Notes: generated by a model not told the origin, from the sequence alone. 64,000 bases of DNA from Clostridiales bacterium (GCA_017513085.1 JAFWDK010000019.1:160001-224000), one strand, 5' to 3'; shown: positions 22,174-31,838, numbered from the stretch's first letter. Numbers and translations are program-made.

Positions 22174-23460
22174 TTATTTGATGTGTTTATGTGTAAATGT
22201 TCTCTTTCCGGAAGCATAATCGGCAACAATATTACCGTTGCCTACGATCTTATACTTATAGGTGACCAGACCTTCCAGACCAACCGGTCCTCTGGCATGA
22301 AGTTTACTTGTACTGATTCCGACTTCGGCGCCAAACCCGTAGCGCAAGCCGTCCGAGAAACGTGTCGAGCAATTCCAGAATGTATTTCCGGAGTCAACCC
22401 TGTTCATGAAAGTTTCTGCAGCTTCTTTATTCTTCGTTACGATAGACTCCGTGTGGCCGGAACCGTTCGTATTGATATGATCGATCGCTTCTTCCAGACC
22501 GGAAACGACCTTGATCGAAACTTCATAGTCGAGATACTCGTGATGCCATTCTTCTACAGGCAGCACATCAGGCAGGATCGCCTTCGTCTTCTCACAACCA
22601 TGAAGGATAACATTCTTTTCTTTCAGGACATCCGCAAGCTTCGGCAGGAATTCCTTCGCGATCGACTCATCGACCAGGATCGTCTCGCAGGCATTGCATA
22701 CCGACACATACTGTGTCTTACTGTCGACAGCCAGCTTTAACGCCATGTCGAAGTCCGCATCCTCGTGAATATACAGATGACATACGCCATCCGCGTGTCC
22801 CATTACCGGGATCGTACTGTGCTGCATGATATACTGGACAAAAGAATTGGATCCGCGCGGTATGATCAGATCGATATATTTATCAAGCTGGAGCATCTCC
22901 GCCACATCGTTTCTGGTCTCCATCAACGTGATCCAGCCCTTCGGGATACCGGCTTCCTCAGAAGCCTTCGCGATCACTTCGAAAAGGATACGATTTGAGT
23001 TGATGGCTTCGCTTCCTCCCTTCAGGCAACAGGAATTACCTGACTTCAAGGCCAAAGAAGCAATCTGTACCAGAGCATCCGGACGGGATTCGAAAATAAT
23101 ACCGAGAACACCGATTGGGCAGGACACGCGTGTCATTACCAAATCATCGTCAAGTTCTGTCTTGAGAAGTTCCCGGCCGACCGGATCCTCAAGCTTCGTC
23201 AGGCTGCGAAGTCCCTCGGTAACATCCGCAAGCTTATGGTCATTAAACACAAGTCTCTTCTGAAGCGGCATGGGGAGATCTGATTCCTGCGCATTCTTCA
23301 CATCGATACTGTTCGCGGCAAAGATGGCATCCTTATTCTCATTCAATGCCTCTGCGATCTTCAGCAACGCCGCATCTTTTACTTCCGTCGGAAGCACGGC
23401 CATGGCATACGACGCCTGCTTGGCTTCCTTCGCGCGAGATTCAAAATCTGTCATACTCAA
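22174..23460 (-). CDS. proA: Glutamate-5-semialdehyde dehydrogenase
   Basis: IFESRP, LKGGSEA, IPRGS, SVCNA, STRFSDG..GAEVGIST.KLHARGPVG. Confidence 0.97.
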   Translation of the reverse strand: MSMTDFESRAKEAKQASYAMAVLPTEVKDAALLKIAEALNENKDAIFAANSIDVKNAQESDLPMPLQKRLVFNDHKLADVTEGLRSLTKLEDPVGRELLKTELDDDLVMTRVSCPIGVLGIIFESRPDALVQIASLALKSGNSCCLKGGSEAINSNRILFEVIAKASEEAGIPKGWITLMETRNDVAEMLQLDKYIDLIIPRGSNSFVQYIMQHSTIPVMGHADGVCHLYIHEDADFDMALKLAVDSKTQYVSVCNACETILVDESIAKEFLPKLADVLKEKNVILHGCEKTKAILPDVLPVEEWHHEYLDYEVSIKVVSGLEEAIDHINTNGSGHTESIVTKNKEAAETFMNRVDSGNTFWNCSTRFSDGLRYGFGAEVGISTSKLHARGPVGLEGLVTYKYKIVGNGNIVADYASGKRTFTHKHIK

Positions 23461-23485
23461 ACCTTCTTTTACATAGATTCAATAT

Positions 23486-23494
23486 ATTATATCA
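23486..23494 (-). promoter_or_regulatory. Extended -10 promoter element of proA-rpiB-upp
   Basis: TGATATAAT on the minus strand about 25 bp upstream of the proA start. Confidence 0.55.
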
Positions 23495-23561
23495 GATTCC
23501 CGCATAGATGACTTTAGAAAACGCAAGATTTTCATAATGAAAAGAATTGAAAGCGAATGAT

Positions 23562-23647
23562 TCTTCCACTCTTTGCAAAAGTTTTCCACTTTTGCAAAGT
23601 GGATAGAGAAAAAAACCTGTGGAAAATGTGGAAAAGTCTGTGGATAA
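23562..23647. promoter_or_regulatory. DnaA-box cluster
   Basis: Perfect TGTGGATAA (23639-47); TGTGGAAAA twice (23618-26, 23627-35); weaker boxes at 23562-70, 23582-90 and 23598-606. Confidence 0.7.
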
Positions 23648-23842
23648 CTCAAAAACAAGGGTTTCTAAAAATCGCCCCCTCTGAAGCCCGAAATTTAGCC
23701 CCCTTTATTTTGTCAAGTACTTTTCGCAAAAACGTCTGAAATACTTTTTTATCTGCAATAGCCTGATATTACTGGCTTTTTACGAAACCGAAACCCAATT
23801 TGATATTTTCCGTGTCCACCGCTCACGGACATCTGTACCATA

Positions 23843-25048
23843 CTAATTCTTCGGTGGCAAACGATAATAGTTTGTCAATTGACATCGAATCGATCCGTTA
23901 TACAATTTTCTTCTTTTATCTGCTTTTCGAATAACCTGGTTTTCAAAAGAATCATCCGGAGTGATGACCGACAAACGTATCCCTTTCCGGCAGAATCCGT
24001 TTTTGTCGAGATACGCGCGAGCGATTCCCCGATAGATGTCCGCCGCCGCTTCCGGAGTCAGCAAACGCCCGCCATAAGGCGGATTGCAGAGGATCAGCTG
24101 CCTGTTCATGCGAGTCCAGGAAGAGAGCTCCTCCGGAGTCTGATTCTTAAAATCTGCGACTTTAAATCGCGTAAAATCAGAAACCCCTGCCGCCATGGCA
24201 TTGCGTCTTGCCGTTTCCACTGCTTTCGGATCGATATCCGATCCATAGAAGTATATGTCATCCATAGGAGAAAGATCCGCCATATCCCGTGCTTCCTCTC
24301 TGGCCCGATCGAAGGGCATTTTCCCAAAATACGGCAGTTTTTCGGCTGCAAAATCACGTTTCAGACCAGGCGCGATATTTAAGGCCATCATGGCTGCCTC
24401 GATCACGATCGTTCCGGAACCACAGAACGGGTCGACCAACGCTTCCTCGCCGAAGAATCGGTATTGTGCCGCACTGACCATACCGGCCGCCAGAGTCTCC
24501 TTGATCGGAGCCTCGTGCATAAGAGGACGGTATCCTCGTTTATGCAGTCCATCGCCGGTAAGATCGATCATTACACGGACGTGGTCTTTGACTATTCCAA
24601 AAGAAATCTTCACAATACCCAGTTTCTCGTCCTCCAGGACATGCGCACCCTCCACAAGATGACGCGCCGAAAGAAGTGCTTTTACCATAGCCTTTTTCGC
24701 CAGACTCTGGCAGGCCGGAATACCGAAAAGTTTGGAATCTCTGGAGTAGCCATTCACATGGAATGCCCAGTCATGCGGGATCCAGTCCTCCCAGCGGATC
24801 TTCTCGAAGCCATCGAAAAACTCTTCAAAAGTCACGGCATCGAACTCCCCGATCGAAATAAGAACACGCTCTCCTCTTCTCACCCACATCAGGATCCTTG
24901 CGCTATCCTCGCGCATTGTTTCAGGCTTGGTGTCAACAAGCAAAAGTCCGTCCGTAACTTCGATCCGGCTCTTATCAAAGCCGATATTCAGAAGGTCCTC
25001 TGCGCAATAATGTTCCAGGCCGAAAAGGCAGGTGATCACGATTTTCAT
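23843..25048 (-). CDS. THUMP-domain class I SAM-dependent RNA methyltransferase (RlmL/YpsC-like)
   Basis: CLFGLE, LHKRGYR..APIKETLAA, DPFCGSGT, CNPPYG; ATG at 25048 with AGGAG RBS. Confidence 0.9.
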   Translation of the reverse strand: MKIVITCLFGLEHYCAEDLLNIGFDKSRIEVTDGLLLVDTKPETMREDSARILMWVRRGERVLISIGEFDAVTFEEFFDGFEKIRWEDWIPHDWAFHVNGYSRDSKLFGIPACQSLAKKAMVKALLSARHLVEGAHVLEDEKLGIVKISFGIVKDHVRVMIDLTGDGLHKRGYRPLMHEAPIKETLAAGMVSAAQYRFFGEEALVDPFCGSGTIVIEAAMMALNIAPGLKRDFAAEKLPYFGKMPFDRAREEARDMADLSPMDDIYFYGSDIDPKAVETARRNAMAAGVSDFTRFKVADFKNQTPEELSSWTRMNRQLILCNPPYGGRLLTPEAAADIYRGIARAYLDKNGFCRKGIRLSVITPDDSFENQVIRKADKRRKLYNGSIRCQLTNYYRLPPKN

Positions 25049-25059
25049 CTTAATTCTCC

Positions 25060-26190
25060 TCACACATTTGAAATCACATCCAGAAGCGGCATCAGGATCA
25101 TCTGTGCCAGAAGGATGTGCAGAACGATAAACGGAATGCCCTGAAGGCATCTCGGGATTTTGCTGAACATAAGCCGGCGGTCAAGTACGTGCAGATAAAA
25201 CAGAACGATGGTAAAAGAAAACCAGACTCCGACGACCAGCGCCACCCACCATACAAAAAACGTTGAAACCGCCATTTCGCTACCGGTCGAAAAGCGGCGG
25301 AGGTAGAACACCAGGGGAAGTGCTACTTTCACGATCGTGATCAAGGGCAGGAACGGACTTTCGTCTATCACATCTTCCAGGTTGAACACACGGATCGCCA
25401 GAGTAAACAATGCAAAAGTCAGAAGTGTCGCATAGAGTACGACATGTCCCGGCTGACGAAGGATCTCCGGTGCATAAAGCACATATCCGATACTGATGCC
25501 GCCGCAGATCACATCCGTAACAAGCATGCACAAGATCAGGAGGAAGAATCCCTTTTCTCCTTTAATGGTAGGCGCCTGATATTTCTTGGTTTCATTACGG
25601 TTCCATCCAAGTACCCAGTTCTTCTCTGTTTCGTTTCTTTTCAACACCAGAAGGAACAGAAGACTGACGATCACCAGAAGCGTGGCGCCGGAAGAGTGAC
25701 TCAGGATCTGGACATTATGTGTCTTAAAGATACCAAGTTTAATTCCGAAGAAAGAATCGAATCCCAAAACTTCACGTATCATGGCAATGACCAGGCCATT
25801 GACCAGGTAGAATGCTCCGCCCTGAAGATATCCCGAATCGGTTCCGGACTCGCCTTCCAGAAGAAGATAATAGAAAAGCGGAGCGGAAAGGAACAGGAAT
25901 GTCGATTCCGGCAAAAGGAAAAACGCGGGCATAGGGACCGGAAGTGCGCAGAATTGGGCAAGAAGCGTTGCGATCTCACCGATCACGGCCGCTCCTAAAG
26001 CAAATACACCCCAGCAGATCCGCCGGTTCTTGATAAAGTGTACCGTAGCGATATTGATCAGATAGAAGAGCACGAACTGTACGACCGAGCTGAGGAAGAT
26101 CTTCAGCGAACCGGTCGTGCACAGCATCATCAAGGCAACGGAAACCATGATGTAGAACTGTTTTTTTGTAATGTACGCTACATCCTGCAT
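25060..26190 (-). CDS. Degenerate RnfE-RnfA fusion membrane protein
   Basis: N-half has RnfE-like IREVLGFDSFFG; C-half has RnfA-like FLPLIT and RRLMFSKIPRCLQGIP; follows the rnfCDG-like genes. Confidence 0.7.
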   Translation of the reverse strand: MQDVAYITKKQFYIMVSVALMMLCTTGSLKIFLSSVVQFVLFYLINIATVHFIKNRRICWGVFALGAAVIGEIATLLAQFCALPVPMPAFFLLPESTFLFLSAPLFYYLLLEGESGTDSGYLQGGAFYLVNGLVIAMIREVLGFDSFFGIKLGIFKTHNVQILSHSSGATLLVIVSLLFLLVLKRNETEKNWVLGWNRNETKKYQAPTIKGEKGFFLLILCMLVTDVICGGISIGYVLYAPEILRQPGHVVLYATLLTFALFTLAIRVFNLEDVIDESPFLPLITIVKVALPLVFYLRRFSTGSEMAVSTFFVWWVALVVGVWFSFTIVLFYLHVLDRRLMFSKIPRCLQGIPFIVLHILLAQMILMPLLDVISNV

Positions 26191-26191
26191 T

Positions 26192-27427
26192 TCAACCCAC
26201 CCAGTTAAGATACTCACGCATAAATTTATAAGCCACATTGATCGTACTCAGCGTAGCCGAGCACTGGGACTTCATTTCCGGAAGTCCCTGAATATATGTA
26301 CGGATCTCCGAGAGCGGAATGCCATCCACACTCTCCGAGAGGATATTACCGGAATCACCCGTGACCACACCATCTTCACCTCCGACAACACCGATCTGAG
26401 ACGGCGCCGAAGTCGGTGTCGGAGCCGGCGTAGCCGTAGCAGTCAGCGTACCGGGAGCAGTCGGATCGGACGTTGTTTCCGTCTGAGTCGTCGTTTCCAC
26501 CGTCTCGGAAGAATTCTCACCCGAATCTTCCCCATCCGGATTCTCTTTCTGTTTCAGATACATCTCTTTCGTCAACGATGCACGTGAATTATCGATACAG
26601 ATATTGACCAGATTGATAAAATCCGAGATATTCATGGTGACCCCGTCAATGATCTGCGTGGTTCCGTCGGACTTCATCGCCAGTTTCATCGGATCCTGAA
26701 CCAGGATCAACCGGTTCTGTACACGGTAAGCCTGTTCCGCCCAGATCTTGCCGCTGATGTTATACTCGCCATCGATTGAATCCCGGGAACGAAGACGTCC
26801 GTTCTTATTCACCGCGTCCCACTCGACACGGACGATACGACCGCCACGCACCTCGATCTCCACGTGATCCTGATAACCATCCTTGGCCGGTCCTTTTGCC
26901 TCCGCATAATAGACACCATCATGAAGACCCAGCAGCGGATCATACTCCACCTGGTACTGCACATCAGCCACGATCTGCTGATCCACAGTCACCGGAATAC
27001 GCGCGCCGCAAAGCTGACTCTTCAATTCCTCCAGTTCTTCCTCACCCAGAGAGATCGCATCCTCTTCTTCGCTCAGAATACGGAAATCCATCAGGTTTTC
27101 ACCGTTATCACTGATACTGAGCTGGGTATGGATCGAACCCTCAGGAAGCTCCATCGCCACATCCAGAATATAACCGATCAGCTTTCCATCCTGGTCATGC
27201 GCGCTAAACACATAGCGAATATCCTGATAGTTGTCCAGAATATCCGTCTTCAGCGGCCGGTACTCTGTCGCCATCAGCAAAGAACCGAACTCCTCCTGAT
27301 ACTGCTGCTGCTCATTCTTCCTCGAACGGCTCGTCGTCTGGTAATAACACGTAAACAGGAAAGCCAACGACAAGATCACAACGATCAGCGCGCGGATCGT
27401 AAAACCTTTATAAAACGAACGGCTCAT
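26192..27427 (-). CDS. RnfG-like membrane-anchored protein with an additional FMN-bind-like domain
   Basis: N-terminal TM; GYILDV..FRILSEEE (RnfG-like); DGVYYAE..VEIEVRGGRIVRVEWD..DGTTQIIDGVT (extracellular FMN_bind-like); Thr/Pro linker. Confidence 0.65.
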   Translation of the reverse strand: MSRSFYKGFTIRALIVVILSLAFLFTCYYQTTSRSRKNEQQQYQEEFGSLLMATEYRPLKTDILDNYQDIRYVFSAHDQDGKLIGYILDVAMELPEGSIHTQLSISDNGENLMDFRILSEEEDAISLGEEELEELKSQLCGARIPVTVDQQIVADVQYQVEYDPLLGLHDGVYYAEAKGPAKDGYQDHVEIEVRGGRIVRVEWDAVNKNGRLRSRDSIDGEYNISGKIWAEQAYRVQNRLILVQDPMKLAMKSDGTTQIIDGVTMNISDFINLVNICIDNSRASLTKEMYLKQKENPDGEDSGENSSETVETTTQTETTSDPTAPGTLTATATPAPTPTSAPSQIGVVGGEDGVVTGDSGNILSESVDGIPLSEIRTYIQGLPEMKSQCSATLSTINVAYKFMREYLNWVG

Positions 27428-28389
27428 TCTTCCACCTCCCTGTACCAGGAAGATTTTGAAAAAGCTCTTGGCCGGAAATAGTAGTCAAAAACCGGTGTCA
27501 GTGCATTCATCATCAGGACCGGATAGACCATGGCATAAGAAGCATTGCCGAAGCGGTACAAGATCAATGTCAAAAGCCCCGCGCCGCCGCCAAAGAGGCA
27601 CTGCGCTCTCTTATCCATCGGGACCGTCGTACAATCATGAAGGGTGAAAACGCCGACAAACAGGATTCCTCCGCGAATGAACCACAGGAAGAAATCCATA
27701 ACGTTCACGCCGGACCAGTTAAAAGGAATATATCCCAGAAGGATCACCGCAAAATAAGAGAACGGTGCATATACCGAAAAGAGTTTCCGTTCAAAAAGTA
27801 TCAGCGCACCGATCACGATCAGTACCAGCGAAGTCGTACCGACCATGCCGCAGATCCTGCCGGAAATCACATCGAGAGTGCCGACCCCGGATGCGGAAAA
27901 AGCACTGGAAGGAACTGCGTTTCCTGTCAGAAGTGAGCCGATTTTCCAGAAGTTTTCCATCGGCTGTTCCGAGGCCACCATCTGTGTCGGGAACGCGATC
28001 TGAAGAAAAGCTCTCGCCGCCAGCGCCGGATTAAAAATATTTCTTCCTGCACCACCGAATGCCTGCTTGACCAGAAGCGCGCTGAATGCCGCTGCCAGTG
28101 CCACCGCCCAGAACGACGCGGATACCGGAACAAGCATGGCCAGGATCACGCCGCTGACCAAAGAACTATAATCTACATGAAGCGGCAATTCCGGATATAG
28201 TTTTTGCGTGCAGAAAAAATCACAAAGAAAAAACACCGCACATGAAACGGCCACAAGGATCAATACTCGGATCCCGTAATAAAACACAGCTCCGATGAGG
28301 ATCGGCAGCAACGCCAGAAGCACATACATATAGCGCTCGGATGCCGGTTGATTGGCATGAATATGAGGAGCCAGTTGTTTTCTCTTCAT
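27424..28389 (-). CDS. rnfD: RnfD-like membrane subunit (degenerate)
   Basis: APHIH, VKQAFGGAGRNIFNPALAARAFL, LMMNALTPVFD. Confidence 0.85.
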   Translation of the reverse strand: MKRKQLAPHIHANQPASERYMYVLLALLPILIGAVFYYGIRVLILVAVSCAVFFLCDFFCTQKLYPELPLHVDYSSLVSGVILAMLVPVSASFWAVALAAAFSALLVKQAFGGAGRNIFNPALAARAFLQIAFPTQMVASEQPMENFWKIGSLLTGNAVPSSAFSASGVGTLDVISGRICGMVGTTSLVLIVIGALILFERKLFSVYAPFSYFAVILLGYIPFNWSGVNVMDFFLWFIRGGILFVGVFTLHDCTTVPMDKRAQCLFGGGAGLLTLILYRFGNASYAMVYPVLMMNALTPVFDYYFRPRAFSKSSWYREVEE

Positions 28390-29726
28390 ACGATGCCTCT
28401 CTTTCTCGCCCGATATGCGGCTTTCGCGATATTAGTGGAAAGCTCGATTCCGGACGGGCATACATAGGAGCAGGCCCCACAGGCGATACACTGTTCCACA
28501 GACTCCGAAACAGCCGCCTCTTCCTGACCGACCTCAATCAAGCGGTTGATCAGATACGGAGAAAGTCCGACCGGACATGCACCCACACAAGCTCCGCAAT
28601 GAATACAATTCATGCGCAAAGGTTCAAACTTACGGATAATGGTAATCGCCGTAGTCGTCTTGATGATCGGAACATTCAGGTCCTTAATGGCCACGCCCGT
28701 CATCGCGCCGCCCCAGGCGATCCTCTGCGCAGTATGCGCACCCGGCACGCGTTCAAGAAGTTCCGATACGCTCGTTCCGATCGGAACCAGAACATTATGG
28801 CCCGTGATCGTATCACCGGAGATCGTCACGATACGCGAGATCAACGGCTGGTTCTTCTCGATCATGTCACAAAACGCCTGACATGTCGACGCATTGAAAA
28901 GCACTGCCTTTACTGTCTCTTCCGGATCCTTGCCGATTGGAAGCTCCACACCGTACAAGGCCTTGATTATCAGTTGTTGATATCCCTGCGGATAACGTGA
29001 TTTAAAAAGCCGGACCTCGATCTTCTTATCCAGATATCGATGACTATATTCGGCGACGGCTTTATGTAAAGCATCGATCTCGTCGATCCAGAGATCTTCA
29101 ATACAAAAGATCACCTTTTTCACACGGCAAATACCGCCCAGAGCCATCGCTCCTTGCAGCACGCGGGCCGCATTCACTCGAAGATGGTGAAGATCGCAGG
29201 CAAGGAATGGCTCGCTCTGGGTCGCATTGACCAAGAGCGTGTCCACACCTGCTTTTTCTGCTTTTTTACACTTGTAAAATGTTGAGATACCTTCGCCGCC
29301 CATCCCGCAAATACCGGATGTCCATAAAAGCTTGCTTAATTCCGCAAGAGAAAGAGGATCCACGTTTTTTCTGGGTTGTATCTTCGAAGAAAACCGACGG
29401 CTCAGGTCATTCTTGATCCAGACGGCCTGGCAGCCGGTCCGGTTCGGTAACCGAATCGAATCGATCTTCGTGACCTCTCCTGAAATACTGGCATGGACCG
29501 GAACTCCATTCATATCAGACGGCGCGCCGATCAGATCGCCTATGGCGACAGTATCTCCCACGGAAACCACCGGATCACAGGCAGTTCCTCTATGCTGAAG
29601 CATGGGAAGCACAACTTCCTTTGGTGAACACACTTCAAGAAGGGCTTCGCGCATGATCTTACGTTGCCGAACGAAGTCCAAACCATCGTTAGGGAGGTTT
29701 CCTCTTTTGAAAGTAGCCTTCTTCAT
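28386..29726 (-). CDS. rnfC: RnfC-like subunit (degenerate flavin site, two 4Fe-4S motifs)
   Basis: PVHASISG, YPQG, CIHCGACVGACP and CIACGACSYVCPS. Confidence 0.88.
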   Translation of the reverse strand: MKKATFKRGNLPNDGLDFVRQRKIMREALLEVCSPKEVVLPMLQHRGTACDPVVSVGDTVAIGDLIGAPSDMNGVPVHASISGEVTKIDSIRLPNRTGCQAVWIKNDLSRRFSSKIQPRKNVDPLSLAELSKLLWTSGICGMGGEGISTFYKCKKAEKAGVDTLLVNATQSEPFLACDLHHLRVNAARVLQGAMALGGICRVKKVIFCIEDLWIDEIDALHKAVAEYSHRYLDKKIEVRLFKSRYPQGYQQLIIKALYGVELPIGKDPEETVKAVLFNASTCQAFCDMIEKNQPLISRIVTISGDTITGHNVLVPIGTSVSELLERVPGAHTAQRIAWGGAMTGVAIKDLNVPIIKTTTAITIIRKFEPLRMNCIHCGACVGACPVGLSPYLINRLIEVGQEEAAVSESVEQCIACGACSYVCPSGIELSTNIAKAAYRARKRGIV

Positions 29727-29753
29727 GTGCCCACCTTTCGCACAAGAAGCATA

Positions 29754-30821
29754 TCAGTCGATATAATCCTTCAATTTCTTGCTGCGGCTCGGATGACGAA
29801 GCTTACGGAGCGCTTTCGCCTCGATCTGACGGATACGCTCACGAGTAACGTTGAATTCACGACCTACTTCTTCCAGAGTGCGCTGACGACCATCATCCAG
29901 GCCGAAGCGCAGGCGGAGAACTTTCTCCTCACGGGCAGTCAGGCTCTTCATCGCATCGAGGAGCTGTTCCTTGAGGAGTGTATAAGCAACCTGATCAGCA
30001 GGAGACATTGCGTCATCATCCGGAATGAAGTCACCCAGATGGCTATCTTCCTCTTCACCGATCGGCTTTTCCAACGATACCGGCTCCTGAGAGATCTTCT
30101 GGATCTCACGAACCTTCTCGACCGGAAGACCCATGCGCTCGGCAATCTCTTCTACGGTAGGCTCACGGCCAAGTTCCTGGATCAAAGCACGCTGCTCACG
30201 AACCAGTCTGTTGATCGTCTCTACCATATGTACCGGAATACGGATCGTTCTGGCCTGATCCGCGATCGCACGAGTGATCGCCTGACGGATCCACCATGTT
30301 GCATATGTACTGAACTTAAATCCTTTTGAATGGTCAAACTTATCTACTGCCTTGATCAGACCCAGATTACCTTCCTGGATGAGATCGAGGAACTGCATAC
30401 CACGACCAAGATAGCGCTTCGCAATAGATACAACAAGACGAAGGTTTGCCTCGATCAGCTGGGCCTTCGCGTCCTCGTCTCCGTCCAGCATACGCTGGGC
30501 CAGATCCTGTTCCTGGTCCGCAGTAAGAAGCGGAACCTTACCGATCTCTTTAAGGTACATACGTACCGGATCGTCCATTCCGGCGCCATCCATAGCACCG
30601 GCATCAAGATTCAGGTCGCGGATCGCATCGTCCTCGATGCTGGTTTCCGCAACGATCGAAATACCTTTAGCCTCCAGCTCATCAAAGAGCTTATCGACCA
30701 TATCCGGATCGCCGTCCTGCTCTTCGATCACGTTCATGACGTCGAGCGAAGAAATGCTGTGGTTGTTAGCATTTGCCAGGTTCTCCAGTTTTTGCAGAAT
30801 GTTTGAAAAATCACTTGCCAT
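29754..30821 (-). CDS. rpoD: Primary RNA polymerase sigma factor
   Basis: [69 protein letters not shown]. Confidence 0.98.
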   Translation of the reverse strand: MASDFSNILQKLENLANANNHSISSLDVMNVIEEQDGDPDMVDKLFDELEAKGISIVAETSIEDDAIRDLNLDAGAMDGAGMDDPVRMYLKEIGKVPLLTADQEQDLAQRMLDGDEDAKAQLIEANLRLVVSIAKRYLGRGMQFLDLIQEGNLGLIKAVDKFDHSKGFKFSTYATWWIRQAITRAIADQARTIRIPVHMVETINRLVREQRALIQELGREPTVEEIAERMGLPVEKVREIQKISQEPVSLEKPIGEEEDSHLGDFIPDDDAMSPADQVAYTLLKEQLLDAMKSLTAREEKVLRLRFGLDDGRQRTLEEVGREFNVTRERIRQIEAKALRKLRHPSRSKKLKDYID

Positions 30822-30892
30822 TAACGTTCATCCTCCCAAAAATGACATACACCATAGAGGTGCTCGGGACTCTTCTCATTACTACTTCAACG

Positions 30893-31675
30893 TTACTTCT
30901 CTGTATTTTCTTCCGACTCTTTTTCCGGAACGTAAAATTCAACCAGGTCTTCACTGACCGCGCCATCGTTCCCATCAATCTTAAATCTTCCATTCGGAGC
31001 ATATACAGTAAGGACTACGTCCTTGTAATAATGAGCATCGCCGGATTCGTATCCGTATTCTTCACCACGGATCGCGCAATAAGATTCAAACGTCTTTAAA
31101 ACTTTAGCCTTATCGGTATCACTCGAAGAGACCAAAGAAACTTCGTTATTCTTTGTGCCGCTGATCTTAAACCCTGTCGTATATCCATCAGCAGCCTCAG
31201 TATTGACTGTCAGCTCACCTGCAGCAATACAAGTAGACATCTGCTTGTAGATCTTCTTATAGTGAGAAGAGCGAAGCAAAGTAATCGGCAACGAAATACC
31301 GATGATTAAAGCGATACAGATCGCTGTGGTCGTATATACGATAAGTTTGACCTTCTTAGGTGTCTGGATATCATCCGGAGAGATCTCAAAGAGTTTCTCC
31401 ACCTTCTTGTCTTTGGAAGTGGTAGCCTTATCGACCTTAACAGCCTTCTCCACGGCGTTATCAAAGACCGGTGTAACAGTGTGACGCACCGCCTTGGACT
31501 CACGCTTAGGTTGCGGAAGATTCGGGAATTCTACCCCATCCGGATGGTTAAATATTTCAATTGCTTCTGTCGCCGGGAAAACGCAGTCGCAAAAAACGCA
31601 TTCACATAATTCGTCGTTGCTGTCCACCATAATGAGTGAACCGCAGTTCTTGCATAAACCTTGTTTAGTCGCCAT
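30893..31675 (-). CDS. Hypothetical bitopic membrane protein with an N-terminal zinc ribbon
   Basis: CKNC..CECVFCDC, one TM helix, GAGGA RBS. Confidence 0.7.
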   Translation of the reverse strand: MATKQGLCKNCGSLIMVDSNDELCECVFCDCVFPATEAIEIFNHPDGVEFPNLPQPKRESKAVRHTVTPVFDNAVEKAVKVDKATTSKDKKVEKLFEISPDDIQTPKKVKLIVYTTTAICIALIIGISLPITLLRSSHYKKIYKQMSTCIAAGELTVNTEAADGYTTGFKISGTKNNEVSLVSSSDTDKAKVLKTFESYCAIRGEEYGYESGDAHYYKDVVLTVYAPNGRFKIDGNDGAVSEDLVEFYVPEKESEENTEK

Positions 31676-31738
31676 TTATTCCTCGTCCTTTGCATTATCG
31701 CCTACAAAAGGGTATAATCCCACAAGTAAGCACAGTAT

Positions 31739-31767
31739 ATTATATACACTGGTTTGTGTAAGTGCAA
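31739..31767 (-). promoter_or_regulatory. SigA promoter upstream of the zinc-ribbon gene / rpoD / rnf-like cluster
   Basis: TTGCAC-17 bp-TATAAT on the minus strand. Confidence 0.65.
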
Positions 31768-31838
31768 ATACTTTTTTGCACAAATTTCAGTTTTTTATAT
31801 ATTATAATTTTATGGCAGTTTTTGAAGGAGCGCGCCGG

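Noticed and set aside
23557-23739. 60-aa ORF over the DnaA boxes
   Set aside because: No RBS or recognisable motif; its composition is explained by the boxes
23460-23843. oriC
   Set aside because: DnaA boxes are present, but there is no dnaA/dnaN nearby, no switch in gene strand bias and no clear DnaA-trio tract; kept only as a DnaA-box cluster
25680-25700. SGAT flavinylation motif in the RnfE/A fusion
   Set aside because: Aligns with the RnfE PPGAF membrane segment, so probably coincidental
31494-31838. N-terminal extension of tadA given in the ORF track
   Set aside because: Overlaps the divergent gene and its promoter; the real start is ATG 31839 with an RBS
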